64,000 nt of DNA, taken from positions 1,216,001 through 1,280,000 of the forward strand of contig CBDFGR010000003.1 of NCBI GenBank assembly GCA_965247115.1, read 5' to 3'. Below the pieces are notes generated by a model. That model was not told where the DNA came from, made no database searches, and saw only the letters and a program-made list of their open reading frames with translations. Position numbers and translations under genes: made by a program. Shown here in pieces: positions 46,788 to 56,973 of the stretch (position 1 is the first letter of the stretch; each line of letters starts with the position of its first letter). Origin of the DNA: Myxococcota bacterium. Its GTDB lineage: Bacteria; Myxococcota_A; UBA9160; SZUA-336.

Positions 46788-47942
46788 ATGGAGGGGAACC
46801 TCTTTCAGTTCTCGCTCCTGCTCGGCGTGCTGGGCGTCGCGGCCGCGGTCTCGATCACGCTGCGCTTTCCCGTGGTCCCGCTCTACATCCTCTCTGGCGT
46901 CGTACTGGGCAACTGGGTCGCTCCCGATGCGGTGGTCCAGTTTCTGGGCTCTCTCGGCGTCGTGTTCTTGCTGTTCTCGATGGGACTCGAGTTCTCGCTG
47001 GGCTCGGTGGCCAGCACTCCCCGCCGCTTTCTCAGCGCGGGCTCGCTCGATCTCTTGCTCAACTTCCCGATCGGTCTGCTCGCAGGCCTCGCCCTGGGCT
47101 GGACCTGGGCGGAGGCACTGTTTCTCGCCGGAATCCTCTACATGAGCTCGAGCGCTGTCGTCAGCAAATGCATCGTCGAGTTCGGTCGAGCCGCGCGCCC
47201 GGAGACGGAGACGATCCTCGGGATCATGGTCTTCGAGGATCTGGTGATCGCGATCTACCTGGTCCTGATCAACGCGCTCATTGTCGGAGGCGTGGCGGCG
47301 ACGAGCGGGTGGGCACAGGTGAGCGCCGTGGCGCGACCGCTTCTGTTCGTGGCGCTGCTTGCCGTGCTGGCCTGGCGGCTGCAAGCCCCGCTCGAGCGGC
47401 TGATCGCGTCTCGGTCGGACGAAGGCTTCACACTCTTGCTGTTCGCCTTCGTCCTCTTGATCGCCTCATCCGCACTCGGTGCGGGACTCTCGGAGGCGGT
47501 CGGGGCGTTCCTTGCCGGAATCGTGATCGGCTCGACGCGCCTCAAGGAGCGGGCGGCTCGGACGCTCCACCCCTTCCAGACCCTGTTTGCTGCACTGTTC
47601 TTCGTCTCGTTCGGCATGGGCATCGATCTGGCCAGCATCGGCGCCGTCGCTGCGCCGGCCTTCATCCTGATCGTGCTCGGCTTCTGCACCAAGGTTGTTG
47701 GCGGTTTTCTGGCCGGACGCAGCGCCGGACACACGCCGGCTCAGAGCGCGGTCGTCGGCCTGTCCCTGGTTCCGAAGGGCGAGTTCTCCATCGTCATCGC
47801 GGCCCTGGCCGCGGCAGCATCGGGAAGCGACTCCCAGATCGAGGCCCTGACCGGCATCTACGTCTTCACCCTCGCCTTCCTGGGCCCCGTCGGCATGCGC
47901 GAAGCTGACCGCATCTGGCGCGCCCTCTCCCAAAGAAGTTGA
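46788..47942 (+). CDS. CPA2 cation:proton antiporter (KhtU-like)
   Basis: LF.MGLEFS, SSSAVV, VFED, GAFLAG, KGEFSI. Confidence 0.9.
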   Translation: MEGNLFQFSLLLGVLGVAAAVSITLRFPVVPLYILSGVVLGNWVAPDAVVQFLGSLGVVFLLFSMGLEFSLGSVASTPRRFLSAGSLDLLLNFPIGLLAGLALGWTWAEALFLAGILYMSSSAVVSKCIVEFGRAARPETETILGIMVFEDLVIAIYLVLINALIVGGVAATSGWAQVSAVARPLLFVALLAVLAWRLQAPLERLIASRSDEGFTLLLFAFVLLIASSALGAGLSEAVGAFLAGIVIGSTRLKERAARTLHPFQTLFAALFFVSFGMGIDLASIGAVAAPAFILIVLGFCTKVVGGFLAGRSAGHTPAQSAVVGLSLVPKGEFSIVIAALAAAASGSDSQIEALTGIYVFTLAFLGPVGMREADRIWRALSQRS

Positions 47943-48034
47943 AGAAGTTAAGAAGGGGACGGTCCTTAATCTTAACTTCTGGATCGAAGCTATGGGCCCG
48001 GACCGGAAGTTATAACTAAGGACCGTCCCCAAGT
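47943..48034. repeat. Inverted pair of repeat module B between convergent genes
   Basis: GGGGACGGTCCTTAA and TAAGGACCGTCCCCAAGTT. Confidence 0.8.
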
Positions 48035-48048
48035 TATGCGGGGTGCCG

Positions 48049-48330
48049 CTAGACTTCCTCGGGGGTGAGGGTTTCCAGGGCCAGGGCGTGGATGGCGCCG
48101 CCCATGTGGGGGGCGAGGGCCGCGTACACGGTGCGGTGACGCTGGAGTCGGGGCTGGTTGCGGAAGCCATCCGAGACGATACGGACGCGGAAGTGGCCAC
48201 CGCCCGATGCGGCGCCCGCGTGGCCTCGGTGCAGGTGGCTCTCGTCCTGGACCTGGATTGATTGCGGGGCGAGAGCTTCGCGCAGCGTCTGCTCGATCCA
48301 CTCGCGCGCCGATGGCTCCAGCTCGGGCAT
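48049..48330 (-). CDS. bolA: BolA family protein
   Basis: DESHLH.GH, GHFRV.IVS..F, RHR.VY, IHAL. Confidence 0.93.
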   Translation of the reverse strand: MPELEPSAREWIEQTLREALAPQSIQVQDESHLHRGHAGAASGGGHFRVRIVSDGFRNQPRLQRHRTVYAALAPHMGGAIHALALETLTPEEV

Positions 48331-48336
48331 GCCGTT

Positions 48337-51036
48337 TTACAAGAGCTCGCGGAGAACGTAGGGAAGGATGCCACCGTGCCGGTAGTAGTCGAGCTCCACG
48401 GGAGTGTCGATGCGGACGCGAGTGGTGAACTCGCGCGGGTCACCGGAGTCGGAGCGGGCGCGGACGCCGAGCTCCTGACCAGGCTGGATCGCGTCGAGTC
48501 CCTCGATGTCGAAGCTCTCCCGACCGGAGAGCCCGAGCTCCGCGACACCCTGTCCCTCGAGGAACTCCAGCGGCAGGATGCCCATGCCAATCAAATTGCT
48601 GCGGTGGATGCGTTCATAGCTCTTGACGATCACGGCCCGGATGCCGAGGAGCAGCGGTCCCTTCGCCGCCCAGTCGCGGGAGGAGCCTGTGCCGTACTCG
48701 AGCCCGCCGAGCGCGATCAGGGGAACCCCCTCTGCGCGGTACTGCTCGGCAGCGTCGAAGATCGGTACGACCTCGGCGTCGGGCAGGCGCACGGTGTAGC
48801 CGCCCTCAACTCCGGGGACGAGCTGATTCCGCAGCCGGACGTTGGCGAAGGTGCCTCGAGCCAGGACCTCGTGGTTGCCGCGCCGCGCTCCGAAGGAGTT
48901 GAAGTCCTTCTGCTCGATCCCGTGTTCGAGAAGGTAGCGGCCGGCGGGACCGTCGACGGGAATCGAGCCCGCCGGTGAGATGTGGTCCGTCGTGACGGAA
49001 TCACCGAGCACGACCAGCGCGCGCGCGCCGTGAACGTCCACGAGCGCTGCGGGCTTCCGAGTAATGCCCTGGAAGAAACTGGGGAGTCGCACGTAGGTGG
49101 AGTCGTGAGACCACGGGTAGCGGACCCCCGTCGGGATCTCGATCGCCTTCCAGGTCTCGTCGCCTTCGAACACGTTCGCGTAGCGCTCCCGAAACATCCC
49201 CCGCTTCACGGCTCCGGCGACCGTCCGCGCCACGTCGTCGCTGGTCGGCCAGATGTCGCGCAGCATGACCGGCCGCCCCGAGGGGTCCCTGCCGATCGCA
49301 TCCTCGCTCCAGTTGAAGTCCATGCGCCCGGCAAGGGCGTAGGCCACCACCAGGGGCGGCGAGGCGAGGTAGTTCGCGCGCACCCTGGCGTTCACCCGCC
49401 CCTCGAAGTTTCGATTGCCGGACAGCACCGCCGCTACGGCGAGCTCCGCGTCGTCGACGGCGGCAGCGATCGGCTCGGGCAGGGGGCCGCTGTTCCCGAT
49501 GCACGTCGTACAGCCGTAGCCCACCACGTTGAAGCGCAGCTTCTCCAGATACGCGAGCAGGCCCGCCTCGGCCAGGTAGTCGCTCACCACTCGCGAGCCG
49601 GGTGCGAGGCTGGTCTTGACCCAGGGTTTTACCTGGAGCCCGAGCTCCACCGCGTTCTTCGCCAGTAAGCCTGCAGCGACGAGGACGGATGGATTCGAGG
49701 TATTCGTGCAGCTCGTGATCGCAGCGATGACCACGTGTCCGTGCCCAAGCTCGTAGCTGCTGTCGCCGTCTCGCACACTGACCGTACGAGCGAGCTCGGC
49801 GTCGCTGACCGCGCCCGCTGGCGAGATCAGCTCGGGCAAGCAGCGGCTCCAGTCCGAGTGCGCCTCGGTGAGCGGCACTCGGTCCTGCGGCCGCTTCGGA
49901 CCCGCGAGGCTCGGAACCAGCGTCCCCAGGTCGAGGCTGAGTCGCGAGCTGTACTCGGGAACCGGATCGTCGGGGAGCGCGAACACGCCCTGGGCGCGCG
50001 CGTACGCCTCGACCAGCGCGATCTGCTCGTCCTCGCGCCCCGTGAGCTCCAGATACTCGAGCGTCTTCTCGTCGATGGGGAAATAACCAACGGTGGCCCC
50101 GTACTCGGGGGCCATGTTGGCCACGGTCGCACGATCTGCCACGGAGAGCGCGTTCAGACCCGAACCGAAAAACTCGACGAACTTCCCCACCACGCCGTGC
50201 GCCCGGAGCAGCTGCACGACTGTAAGCACCAGGTCGGTCGCAGTGGCCCCCTCCGGCAGGCGACCGCGCAGCTCGAAGCCCACCACATCGGGAATGAGCA
50301 TGGAGACGGGCTGGCCGAGCAGGCACGCCTCTGCCTCGATCCCGCCGACGCCCCAGCCCAACACACCCAACCCGTTGACCATAGTGGTATGGGAGTCCGC
50401 TCCCACCAGGGTGTCAGGGAAGGCCAGCCACTCGCCCTGCTGCTGCTGCGCGAACACGACCTGCGCCAGGTACTCGATGTTCACCTGGTGCACGATCCCG
50501 GTGGAAGGCGGAACCACGCTCAGACCCTCCAGGGCAGACTGTCCCCAGCGCAGGAACTCGTAGCGCTCCCGATTGCGCGTGAACTCGATCTCCGCGTTCA
50601 GCGCGAGGGCGTCCGGCGAGCCGAAGTGATCGATCTGAACCGAGTGGTCGACGACGAGCTCCACCGGGCACAGCGGGTTGATCCGAGCGGGATCGCCGCC
50701 GAGCTCGGCCATGGCGTCGCGCATGGCGGCCAGGTCAACGACGGCGGGGACACCCGTGAAGTCCTGCAACACTACACGCGCGGGCCGGAATGCGATCTCC
50801 GCTCGAGCCTTCGCCGAGGGTACCCAGCTGGCCAGCGCCGCGATGTCGCTGCGCGTGACGCTGCTCTCATCCTCGTGCCGCAGCAGATTCTCGAGCAAGA
50901 TCCGAATCGAGCGAGGCAGACGTGTCATGTCGCCGAGCCCGGCCTCCACGACCGCACCCAGGCGGGCGATGCGATAGGTTCGCCCGCCCACGTCGAGGGT
51001 CCCTGCGCTCCAGGTCGGGCTGCGCTGTGCCGCCAT
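48337..51036 (-). CDS. acnA: Aconitate hydratase A
   Basis: QDFTGVPAVVDLAAMR, DSHTTM, SCTNTSNP, GCTTCIGNSG, GSSRDWAAKG. Confidence 0.97.
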   Translation of the reverse strand: MAAQRSPTWSAGTLDVGGRTYRIARLGAVVEAGLGDMTRLPRSIRILLENLLRHEDESSVTRSDIAALASWVPSAKARAEIAFRPARVVLQDFTGVPAVVDLAAMRDAMAELGGDPARINPLCPVELVVDHSVQIDHFGSPDALALNAEIEFTRNRERYEFLRWGQSALEGLSVVPPSTGIVHQVNIEYLAQVVFAQQQQGEWLAFPDTLVGADSHTTMVNGLGVLGWGVGGIEAEACLLGQPVSMLIPDVVGFELRGRLPEGATATDLVLTVVQLLRAHGVVGKFVEFFGSGLNALSVADRATVANMAPEYGATVGYFPIDEKTLEYLELTGREDEQIALVEAYARAQGVFALPDDPVPEYSSRLSLDLGTLVPSLAGPKRPQDRVPLTEAHSDWSRCLPELISPAGAVSDAELARTVSVRDGDSSYELGHGHVVIAAITSCTNTSNPSVLVAAGLLAKNAVELGLQVKPWVKTSLAPGSRVVSDYLAEAGLLAYLEKLRFNVVGYGCTTCIGNSGPLPEPIAAAVDDAELAVAAVLSGNRNFEGRVNARVRANYLASPPLVVAYALAGRMDFNWSEDAIGRDPSGRPVMLRDIWPTSDDVARTVAGAVKRGMFRERYANVFEGDETWKAIEIPTGVRYPWSHDSTYVRLPSFFQGITRKPAALVDVHGARALVVLGDSVTTDHISPAGSIPVDGPAGRYLLEHGIEQKDFNSFGARRGNHEVLARGTFANVRLRNQLVPGVEGGYTVRLPDAEVVPIFDAAEQYRAEGVPLIALGGLEYGTGSSRDWAAKGPLLLGIRAVIVKSYERIHRSNLIGMGILPLEFLEGQGVAELGLSGRESFDIEGLDAIQPGQELGVRARSDSGDPREFTTRVRIDTPVELDYYRHGGILPYVLRELL

Positions 51037-51330
51037 GCTTCGCTCCTCTACGAGAGACAGGCGCAACATAGCGGAGCGGTGCGAGTGCCACCCGGCCGGG
51101 TCGGTGCAACAGGGCCGGTGAGGAGACTTGCGGTGGGAGTGCCTTGGCTTGGAGCGCCGTAGCGCTTCGCCCGAGCACGACCGGGTGGCCTCGGAGAGTG
51201 GATCAGAGCAGGATCCGTACCAAGCCAGCGTTATCTCCCGGAAAACGCAGCCAACGCGGGCAGCTTCGTCGACTCCTGCCACTCGGAACGAAGCCAACTG
51301 GAGGGAGGTTCGGAGGAAACCTTCCCTACT

Positions 51331-51783
51331 TTAGTCCCGGAGCTCCAGGCGGAGCTCGGCCTCCAGCTCCGGATCGAGCTCGGGCTCCCCCGCAGCACGG
51401 GTCACCCGCCGGAGCGCGGCCGTGAGGATGCCAAGGCCGGCGAGCAGGATCAGGCCGGGCAGCACCCAGCCGAGCGGCCCGCGCGGTACGGCGGACAGGT
51501 CCGTCTCTGGGATGCGCGCCTGCAACCGCGCGCGAATCTCGGCATCGGACACACCGGCGTCGACCCAGGCGCGGATCTCCTCCCGCCAGGCGGCCGCGTT
51601 CGGACTGGGACAGTCCGTCAGGGTCCGACCGGGACAGAACGGGCTCATCAGGTCGCCGCCCAGAGCGTAGGCTCGCCGGGAGCGCTCCGTGTCGGAACCG
51701 CTCACGGTCTGTGCAGAGCTGACCGACCCCAGCACCATACAGGCAACAACGAGCAGAGCTCCGAGCGAACGAGCAGCGATCAT
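51331..51783 (-). CDS. ccmH: CcmH/CycL-like cytochrome c maturation protein
   Basis: L.SPFCPGRTL.DCPS..A...R.EIR pattern, signal peptide and C-terminal TM. Confidence 0.75.
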   Translation of the reverse strand: MIAARSLGALLVVACMVLGSVSSAQTVSGSDTERSRRAYALGGDLMSPFCPGRTLTDCPSPNAAAWREEIRAWVDAGVSDAEIRARLQARIPETDLSAVPRGPLGWVLPGLILLAGLGILTAALRRVTRAAGEPELDPELEAELRLELRD

Positions 51784-51834
51784 CTCGAGCCTGACAATAC
51801 CCGTCTTCGCGGGAATCCGCCGCGGCTGGCCGAC

Positions 51835-51882
51835 GTGTCCACACTGGATCAAGGGCGGGTGTCCACACTGAATCAAGGGCGG
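51835..51882 (+). repeat. 24-bp tandem direct repeat (2 copies)
   Basis: GTGTCCACACTG(G/A)ATCAAGGGCGG x2. Confidence 0.9.
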
Positions 51883-51900
51883 AACGGGACACGCCGATTG
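51873..51900 (+). promoter_or_regulatory. Putative sigma-28 promoter of motAB
   Basis: TCAAG-N16-CCGATTG. Confidence 0.6.
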
Positions 51901-51914
51901 CATTAGCAGCCCTC

Positions 51915-52742
51915 GTGGACCTCACTACTCTCATTGGGATCGCCCTTGGCGCGAGCTGCATCCTCGTCGGGCAGGCGCTCGAGGGGGGCCAGCTGGGGTC
52001 CATGGTCCAGCTGACGGCCTTCGTGATCGTCATCGGAGGCACCCTTGGGGCGTTGATCACGCAGTTCCCAGCGCCCGAGCTCAAACGGGCACTGCGCGAA
52101 GTACGCCACGTGCTCGTCAGCCGCCGTCCGCGGCTCGAGCCGCTCATCGCACAGATGGTGGAGCTCGCGCGGCGCTCACGGCGTGACGGTCTGCTCGCCC
52201 TCGAAGACGACGTCGTGCGATCGAACGACCCGTTTCTCAGACAGGCGATCATGTCACTCGTCGACGGCTACGACGGTCCCACGCTGCGCTCCATGCTGGA
52301 GGGCATGATCGACTACGAAGAAGAGTGTCGCGCGCCGGGACCGCGCTTCTTCGAGGCCGCGGGTGGCTACGCGCCGACCATTGGGATCATCGGCGCGGTG
52401 ATGGGACTCATCCAGGTGATGGAGCATCTGGATGACCCGTCGCAGCTCGGCTCAGGCATCGCCGTCGCTTTTGTCGCGACCATCTACGGCGTCGCCAGCG
52501 CCAACCTCGTGTTCCTGCCTTTTGCCGAGAAGCTCAAGATGAAGATCCGCGCCGACCTGCGCTGCAAGGAAATGATCGTGGAGGGGATCTGCTCGATTCA
52601 GGAAGGCCTGCACCCCCAGACACTCGGCAAGCGCCTCGAGGTCTACACGCTGTTCGAGGCAAAGAGCCGCACAAGCGGGGCGAGCCCCGCACGCACGCCC
52701 ACACCGTGGAACGCGAGCAGTGAGAGCAAGAAGGACTTCTGA
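51915..52742 (+). CDS. motA: Flagellar stator protein MotA
   Basis: IVIGGT, RRDGLLALE, GGYAPTIGIIGAV.GLI, AFVAT.YG. Confidence 0.92.
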   Translation: MDLTTLIGIALGASCILVGQALEGGQLGSMVQLTAFVIVIGGTLGALITQFPAPELKRALREVRHVLVSRRPRLEPLIAQMVELARRSRRDGLLALEDDVVRSNDPFLRQAIMSLVDGYDGPTLRSMLEGMIDYEEECRAPGPRFFEAAGGYAPTIGIIGAVMGLIQVMEHLDDPSQLGSGIAVAFVATIYGVASANLVFLPFAEKLKMKIRADLRCKEMIVEGICSIQEGLHPQTLGKRLEVYTLFEAKSRTSGASPARTPTPWNASSESKKDF

Positions 52743-53490
52743 GCTGCGCCGCCGACCGCGGCAGGGGCACAGCGCGGGCTCCGCGCGCTGGCTGATCTCC
52801 TACGCCGACTTCATCACACTGCTCTTCGCTTTCTTCACGACGCTCTACGCCATCTCCGTCACCGACGCCACCAAGGCCGAACGCCTGGTTCACTCCATCC
52901 GCGAGTCGTTCGGCACCGCGCTGTTCGAGTTCGGACCGGAGGATGCCGGCCTGCTCGAGCAGTTTGGGGGAGCGGCCACGCGCAGCGGCGACGGCTCCGC
53001 GGCACACCCCGCCGAGCCGGAGCGCGGGCTCGACCTGTTGGGCGAGCGCGCGAGGGAGGTCTCCCGTCAGCTGGGGCGGGCCAGCGGGCTGGCCGTCAGG
53101 CGCACCGAGGAGGGTCTGGTGATCAGCCTGGCGGACACCGTCTTCTTCGGACTCGGCCAGCTGGAGCTCCTTACCAGTGCGCGCGCGCGACTCGCCGAGG
53201 TAGCAGCGCTATTGCGCGAGGTTCCCAACCACGTGCGCGTGGAGGGTCACAGCGACAACCAGCCGGTCGCCACGGCGCGCTTCCCGAGCAACTGGCACCT
53301 CTCATCCGCGCGAGCCGTCGAGGTGCTGCGCGAGCTCGAGGCGCTGGGGATCGCACGGGATCGGCTCTCGAGCGCGGGCTTTGCTGACCAGCGACCGCTC
53401 GTCTCGAACGGAACTGTGGAAGGCAGGCGCATCAATCGACGCGTGGACCTCGTCGTACTGCGCGCGCGGCTCTCGGCACACGATCCCTGA
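52720..53490 (+). CDS. motB: Flagellar stator protein MotB
   Basis: WLISYADFITLL (conserved Asp), OmpA-like domain EGHSD...NW.LS.ARA...NRRV. Confidence 0.92.
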   Translation: MRARRTSELRRRPRQGHSAGSARWLISYADFITLLFAFFTTLYAISVTDATKAERLVHSIRESFGTALFEFGPEDAGLLEQFGGAATRSGDGSAAHPAEPERGLDLLGERAREVSRQLGRASGLAVRRTEEGLVISLADTVFFGLGQLELLTSARARLAEVAALLREVPNHVRVEGHSDNQPVATARFPSNWHLSSARAVEVLRELEALGIARDRLSSAGFADQRPLVSNGTVEGRRINRRVDLVVLRARLSAHDP

Positions 53491-53512
53491 GCCGACACGC
53501 TATCCTCCTCTC

Positions 53513-55450
53513 ATGTCGGACCGACCCTGGATCCTCCGCACGTACTCCGGTCACTCGAGTGCGCGCGCATCGAACGAGCTCTACCGCAGCAACCTCGAAA
53601 AGGGTCAGACGGGACTGTCCATCGCCTTCGACCTACCGACGCAGACCGGCTACGACGCGGACCACGAGCTGTCGCAGGGTGAGGTCGGCCGAGTCGGTGT
53701 CCCGATTGGATCGATCGAAGACATGGAGGCGTTGCTCGACGGCATCCCGCTCGATCGCATGAACACGTCGATGACGATCAACGCTACGGCCGCCTGGCTG
53801 CTGGCACTGTACGTCGCCGTCGCGGAACGGCGAGGGATCAGCCGGTCGAGCCTCGCGGGCACCACGCAGAACGACATCATCAAGGAGTACCTCTCCCGAG
53901 GAACCTACATCTTTCCGCCACGCGCCTCGCTGAACCTGACGCGCCAGATCATCGAGTTCTCGGTGGAGGAGGTCCCGAGCTGGAACCCGATCAACATCTG
54001 CTCGTACCACCTGCAGGAGGTGGGCGCGACTCCCGTGCAGGAGGTCGCCTTCGCCCTCGCCAACGCACTGGCCGTCCTGGACGAGGTCGCAGTTCCAAAA
54101 GAGAAGCTTCCCTCAGTGTTCGGACGCATTTCGTTCTTCTGCAATGCGGGCATCCGCTTCGTGGAGGAGATGTGCAAGATGCGCGCTTTTACGCGCATGT
54201 GGGACCGGATTGGACGGGAGCGCTACGACGTCGACGATCCGAAGCTGCGGCGCTTCCGCTACGGCGTACAGGTGAACTCGCTCGGCCTCACCGAGGCACA
54301 GCCGGAGAACAACATCCCCCGCATCGCATTGGAGGCGCTCGGCGTAACACTGTCTCGTGACGCGCGTTGTCGCTCCCTTCAGCTGCCGGCCTGGAACGAA
54401 GCACTCGGGCTGCCGAGGCCCTGGGACCAGCAGTGGTCGCTGCGCATCCAGCAGATCCTGGCACACGAGACCGACCTCCTGGAGTACGGGGACGTGTTCG
54501 AAGGCTCGCGAGTCATCGAGGACAAGGTCGCGGAGATCGAGGAGGGTGCGTGGGCAGAGATCGCGCGTATCGAGGAGATGGGGGGCGCGATCAGCGCCGT
54601 CGAATCCGGCTACATGAAGCGTGCACTCGTCGAGTCAAATGCTCACCGCATCTCCCAGATCCAATCCGGCGAGCGGACCCTCGTCGGCGTGAACCGCTTC
54701 CAGGAGAGTAGCGCGTCTCCGCTCACGGACGGACAGATTGACGCGCTCCGGGTCGACGAGTCCGCAACGCGCGAGCAGATCGAGCGCCTGCGCGCACACC
54801 GCGCAACGCGCAGTAGCGGCGAGGTGGAGCGGGCGCTACGCGCCCTCAAGGGAGCGCTCGCGAAGGGCTCGAACGTCATGCCGGCGTCGATCGAGTGCGC
54901 CAACGCCGGGGTCACTACCGGCGAGTGGTCGGACACCCTGCGCAAGGCCTTTGGCGAGTACCGCGCGCCGACGGGCGTTGAGGCACCGATCCAGCTGCGT
55001 GAGTCCGGCGACATCGAGGCGCTGCGCCGACGCGTGGACGAGGTCTCGAAGCGGCTCGGACGCCGCCTCAAGGCCCTGATCGGCAAGCCAGGGCTCGACG
55101 GGCACTCGAGCGGGGCGGAGCAGATCGCGATCTTCGCACGGGAAGCGGGCTTCGAGGTCGTGTACCAGGGAATCCGGCTGACACCCGAGGAGATCGTGAG
55201 CTCGGCCGAGCAGGAGGGCGTGCACCTGATCGGACTCTCGATCCTGTCCGGGTCGCATCTCTTGCTCGCCCCAGAGGTTGCCCGGCGCGTCGCGGTCCCC
55301 GTTGTCGTCGGTGGGATCATTCCTGAGGCGGACGCTCGGACACTCCTCGAGAACGGAGTGGCGGCCGTGTACACCCCGCGCGACTACGACGTCCACCGGA
55401 TCATCGGCGAGATGATCGAGCTCAGCGCGCGGGCCCACGATCTTGGCTGA
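53513..55450 (+). CDS. ecm: Ethylmalonyl-CoA mutase (Ecm/MeaA type, B12-dependent)
   Basis: PWI.RTYSGHS...SNELYR.NL.KGQTGLS.AFDLPTQTGYD, RYGVQVNSLGLTE.QPENN, GKPGLDGHS. Confidence 0.88.
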   Translation: MSDRPWILRTYSGHSSARASNELYRSNLEKGQTGLSIAFDLPTQTGYDADHELSQGEVGRVGVPIGSIEDMEALLDGIPLDRMNTSMTINATAAWLLALYVAVAERRGISRSSLAGTTQNDIIKEYLSRGTYIFPPRASLNLTRQIIEFSVEEVPSWNPINICSYHLQEVGATPVQEVAFALANALAVLDEVAVPKEKLPSVFGRISFFCNAGIRFVEEMCKMRAFTRMWDRIGRERYDVDDPKLRRFRYGVQVNSLGLTEAQPENNIPRIALEALGVTLSRDARCRSLQLPAWNEALGLPRPWDQQWSLRIQQILAHETDLLEYGDVFEGSRVIEDKVAEIEEGAWAEIARIEEMGGAISAVESGYMKRALVESNAHRISQIQSGERTLVGVNRFQESSASPLTDGQIDALRVDESATREQIERLRAHRATRSSGEVERALRALKGALAKGSNVMPASIECANAGVTTGEWSDTLRKAFGEYRAPTGVEAPIQLRESGDIEALRRRVDEVSKRLGRRLKALIGKPGLDGHSSGAEQIAIFAREAGFEVVYQGIRLTPEEIVSSAEQEGVHLIGLSILSGSHLLLAPEVARRVAVPVVVGGIIPEADARTLLENGVAAVYTPRDYDVHRIIGEMIELSARAHDLG

Positions 55451-56408
55451 CGAGCTCGCGGCGCTCGTTCAAAGAACACTCAAGCAGGAGCGCGCCGCCA
55501 TTGCGGAGGCGATCAGCCGCGTCGAAGACGTGCGCCCGCGCATGCTCCCAACGCAGCGCGAGCTGATCCGCCTACTCGAAGCAGAGACGCCTGCGGACCA
55601 CAGCGTGCTCGGGCTCACCGGCCCGCCAGGCGTCGGCAAGAGCACCCTCGCGGGCGCGCTCATCCAGCATTGGCTCGAGCAGGGGAACGGTGTGGGCATG
55701 GTTGCCGTGGATCCGTCGAGCCGGCGTTCCGGCGGGGCGCTGCTCGGCGATCGCGCCCGCCTGCGCTTCGAGTCGGAGGCCCGTGTCTTCGTGCGCTCCA
55801 TGGCCTCGGGGGAACAGCTCGGCGGACTCGCTCCAGCCACGCGCGCCGCCGTGGTCGTACTGCGCGCGGCATTCCACTGGACGCTCGTAGAGACGGTGGG
55901 TGTCGGCCAGTCCGAGGTCGACGTGGAGACCGTCACCGACACTGTGGTGCTGGTGCTTCAGCCCGGCTCCGGAGACACACTCCAGTTCATGAAGGCAGGA
56001 ATTCTCGAGATCCCGGACGTGCTCGTGATCCACAAGTGGGATCTGGGGGCCCCGGCCGAGCGCACCCGCGCCGACCTGGAGTCCATGCTCTCACTTCGCT
56101 CCCTTCCAGACGGAGCGTGGAAGCCGCCCGTGATCGGCGTGAGCGCGGAGACGGGGCATGGTGTCGCGACGCTCGCGAGCGAGATCGCGCGCCACCGCTC
56201 ACACCTCGAGGCGGCGGGCGAGCTCGAGCGCCGACGCAGGATGCAACGCGAGGCCTGGGTGATGGAGCTCTTCGAGCGCCGCTACGGCAGCTTCGGACTC
56301 GAGCGTCTCGGTGGCAGGAAGGCGCTGCGCGAGCTCACAAAAGAGAGCGGTGGCTCGGCGCTCGAGGTGTTCAGCCAGCTCTCCAGCCGAGCAGGACTCG
56401 AGCCGTAG
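55443..56408 (+). CDS. meaB: MeaB/ArgK GTPase chaperone of B12 mutases
   Basis: GPPGVGKST, VDPSS..SGGALLGDR.R, ETVGVGQSE. Confidence 0.93.
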   Translation: MADELAALVQRTLKQERAAIAEAISRVEDVRPRMLPTQRELIRLLEAETPADHSVLGLTGPPGVGKSTLAGALIQHWLEQGNGVGMVAVDPSSRRSGGALLGDRARLRFESEARVFVRSMASGEQLGGLAPATRAAVVVLRAAFHWTLVETVGVGQSEVDVETVTDTVVLVLQPGSGDTLQFMKAGILEIPDVLVIHKWDLGAPAERTRADLESMLSLRSLPDGAWKPPVIGVSAETGHGVATLASEIARHRSHLEAAGELERRRRMQREAWVMELFERRYGSFGLERLGGRKALRELTKESGGSALEVFSQLSSRAGLEP

Positions 56409-56973
56409 CAGGGTCGAGGTCCATCGACTCGATCAGGGTGTCGTAGTCGCTGAGCACCTGAAGCCGCACGCCCGCAGCCTCGAATTCGCGTTCCGCCTCC
56501 GGAAAGCCATAGCTGAAGATCGCCTGAACGCCGACCACCTTGCCGCCCTCTTCCTCGAGGGCGCGAACTGCAGAGAGCGCGCTGCCACCCAGGGATACGA
56601 GGTCTTCGATCAGCACGACGCGCTCGCCCTCGAGCGGCTTGCCCTCCACGCGCTTCGCCTGCCCGTGTCCCTTCACCGTGCCGCGCACGTAGACCATGGG
56701 ACGCTGCAGACGTTCCGCGACCCAAGCAGCGAAGGGGATGGCGGCGGTCGCGGTCCCCGCAACCACCTCGGCGTGGGGGAACCCACTTCGCACCTGGTCC
56801 GCGAGCGCGTTGGCCACGCGGTCGCGCGCGTACGGATACGAGATCAGCACACGGTTGTCGCAGTAGATGGGCGCGCGCTTGCCCGAGGTCCAGGTGAACC
56901 AATCCTCGGGCTCCGTGCGCAGCTCGACCGCCCCCGTCTCGAGCAGGAGCCCGATCACCTCGCGCTGGTTCAT
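56371..56973 (-). CDS. pyrE: Orotate phosphoribosyltransferase
   Basis: FTW.SG..APIYCDNR, YVR...K.HG, VLIEDLVS.GGS. Confidence 0.92.
   Translation of the reverse strand: MNQREVIGLLLETGAVELRTEPEDWFTWTSGKRAPIYCDNRVLISYPYARDRVANALADQVRSGFPHAEVVAGTATAAIPFAAWVAERLQRPMVYVRGTVKGHGQAKRVEGKPLEGERVVLIEDLVSLGGSALSAVRALEEEGGKVVGVQAIFSYGFPEAEREFEAAGVRLQVLSDYDTLIESMDLDPATARVLLGWRAG

Noticed and set aside
51915..53490. Zorya ZorAB anti-phage system
   Set aside because: MotA lacks the long ZorA tail, no zorC/D/E nearby, and motifs are flagellar-type
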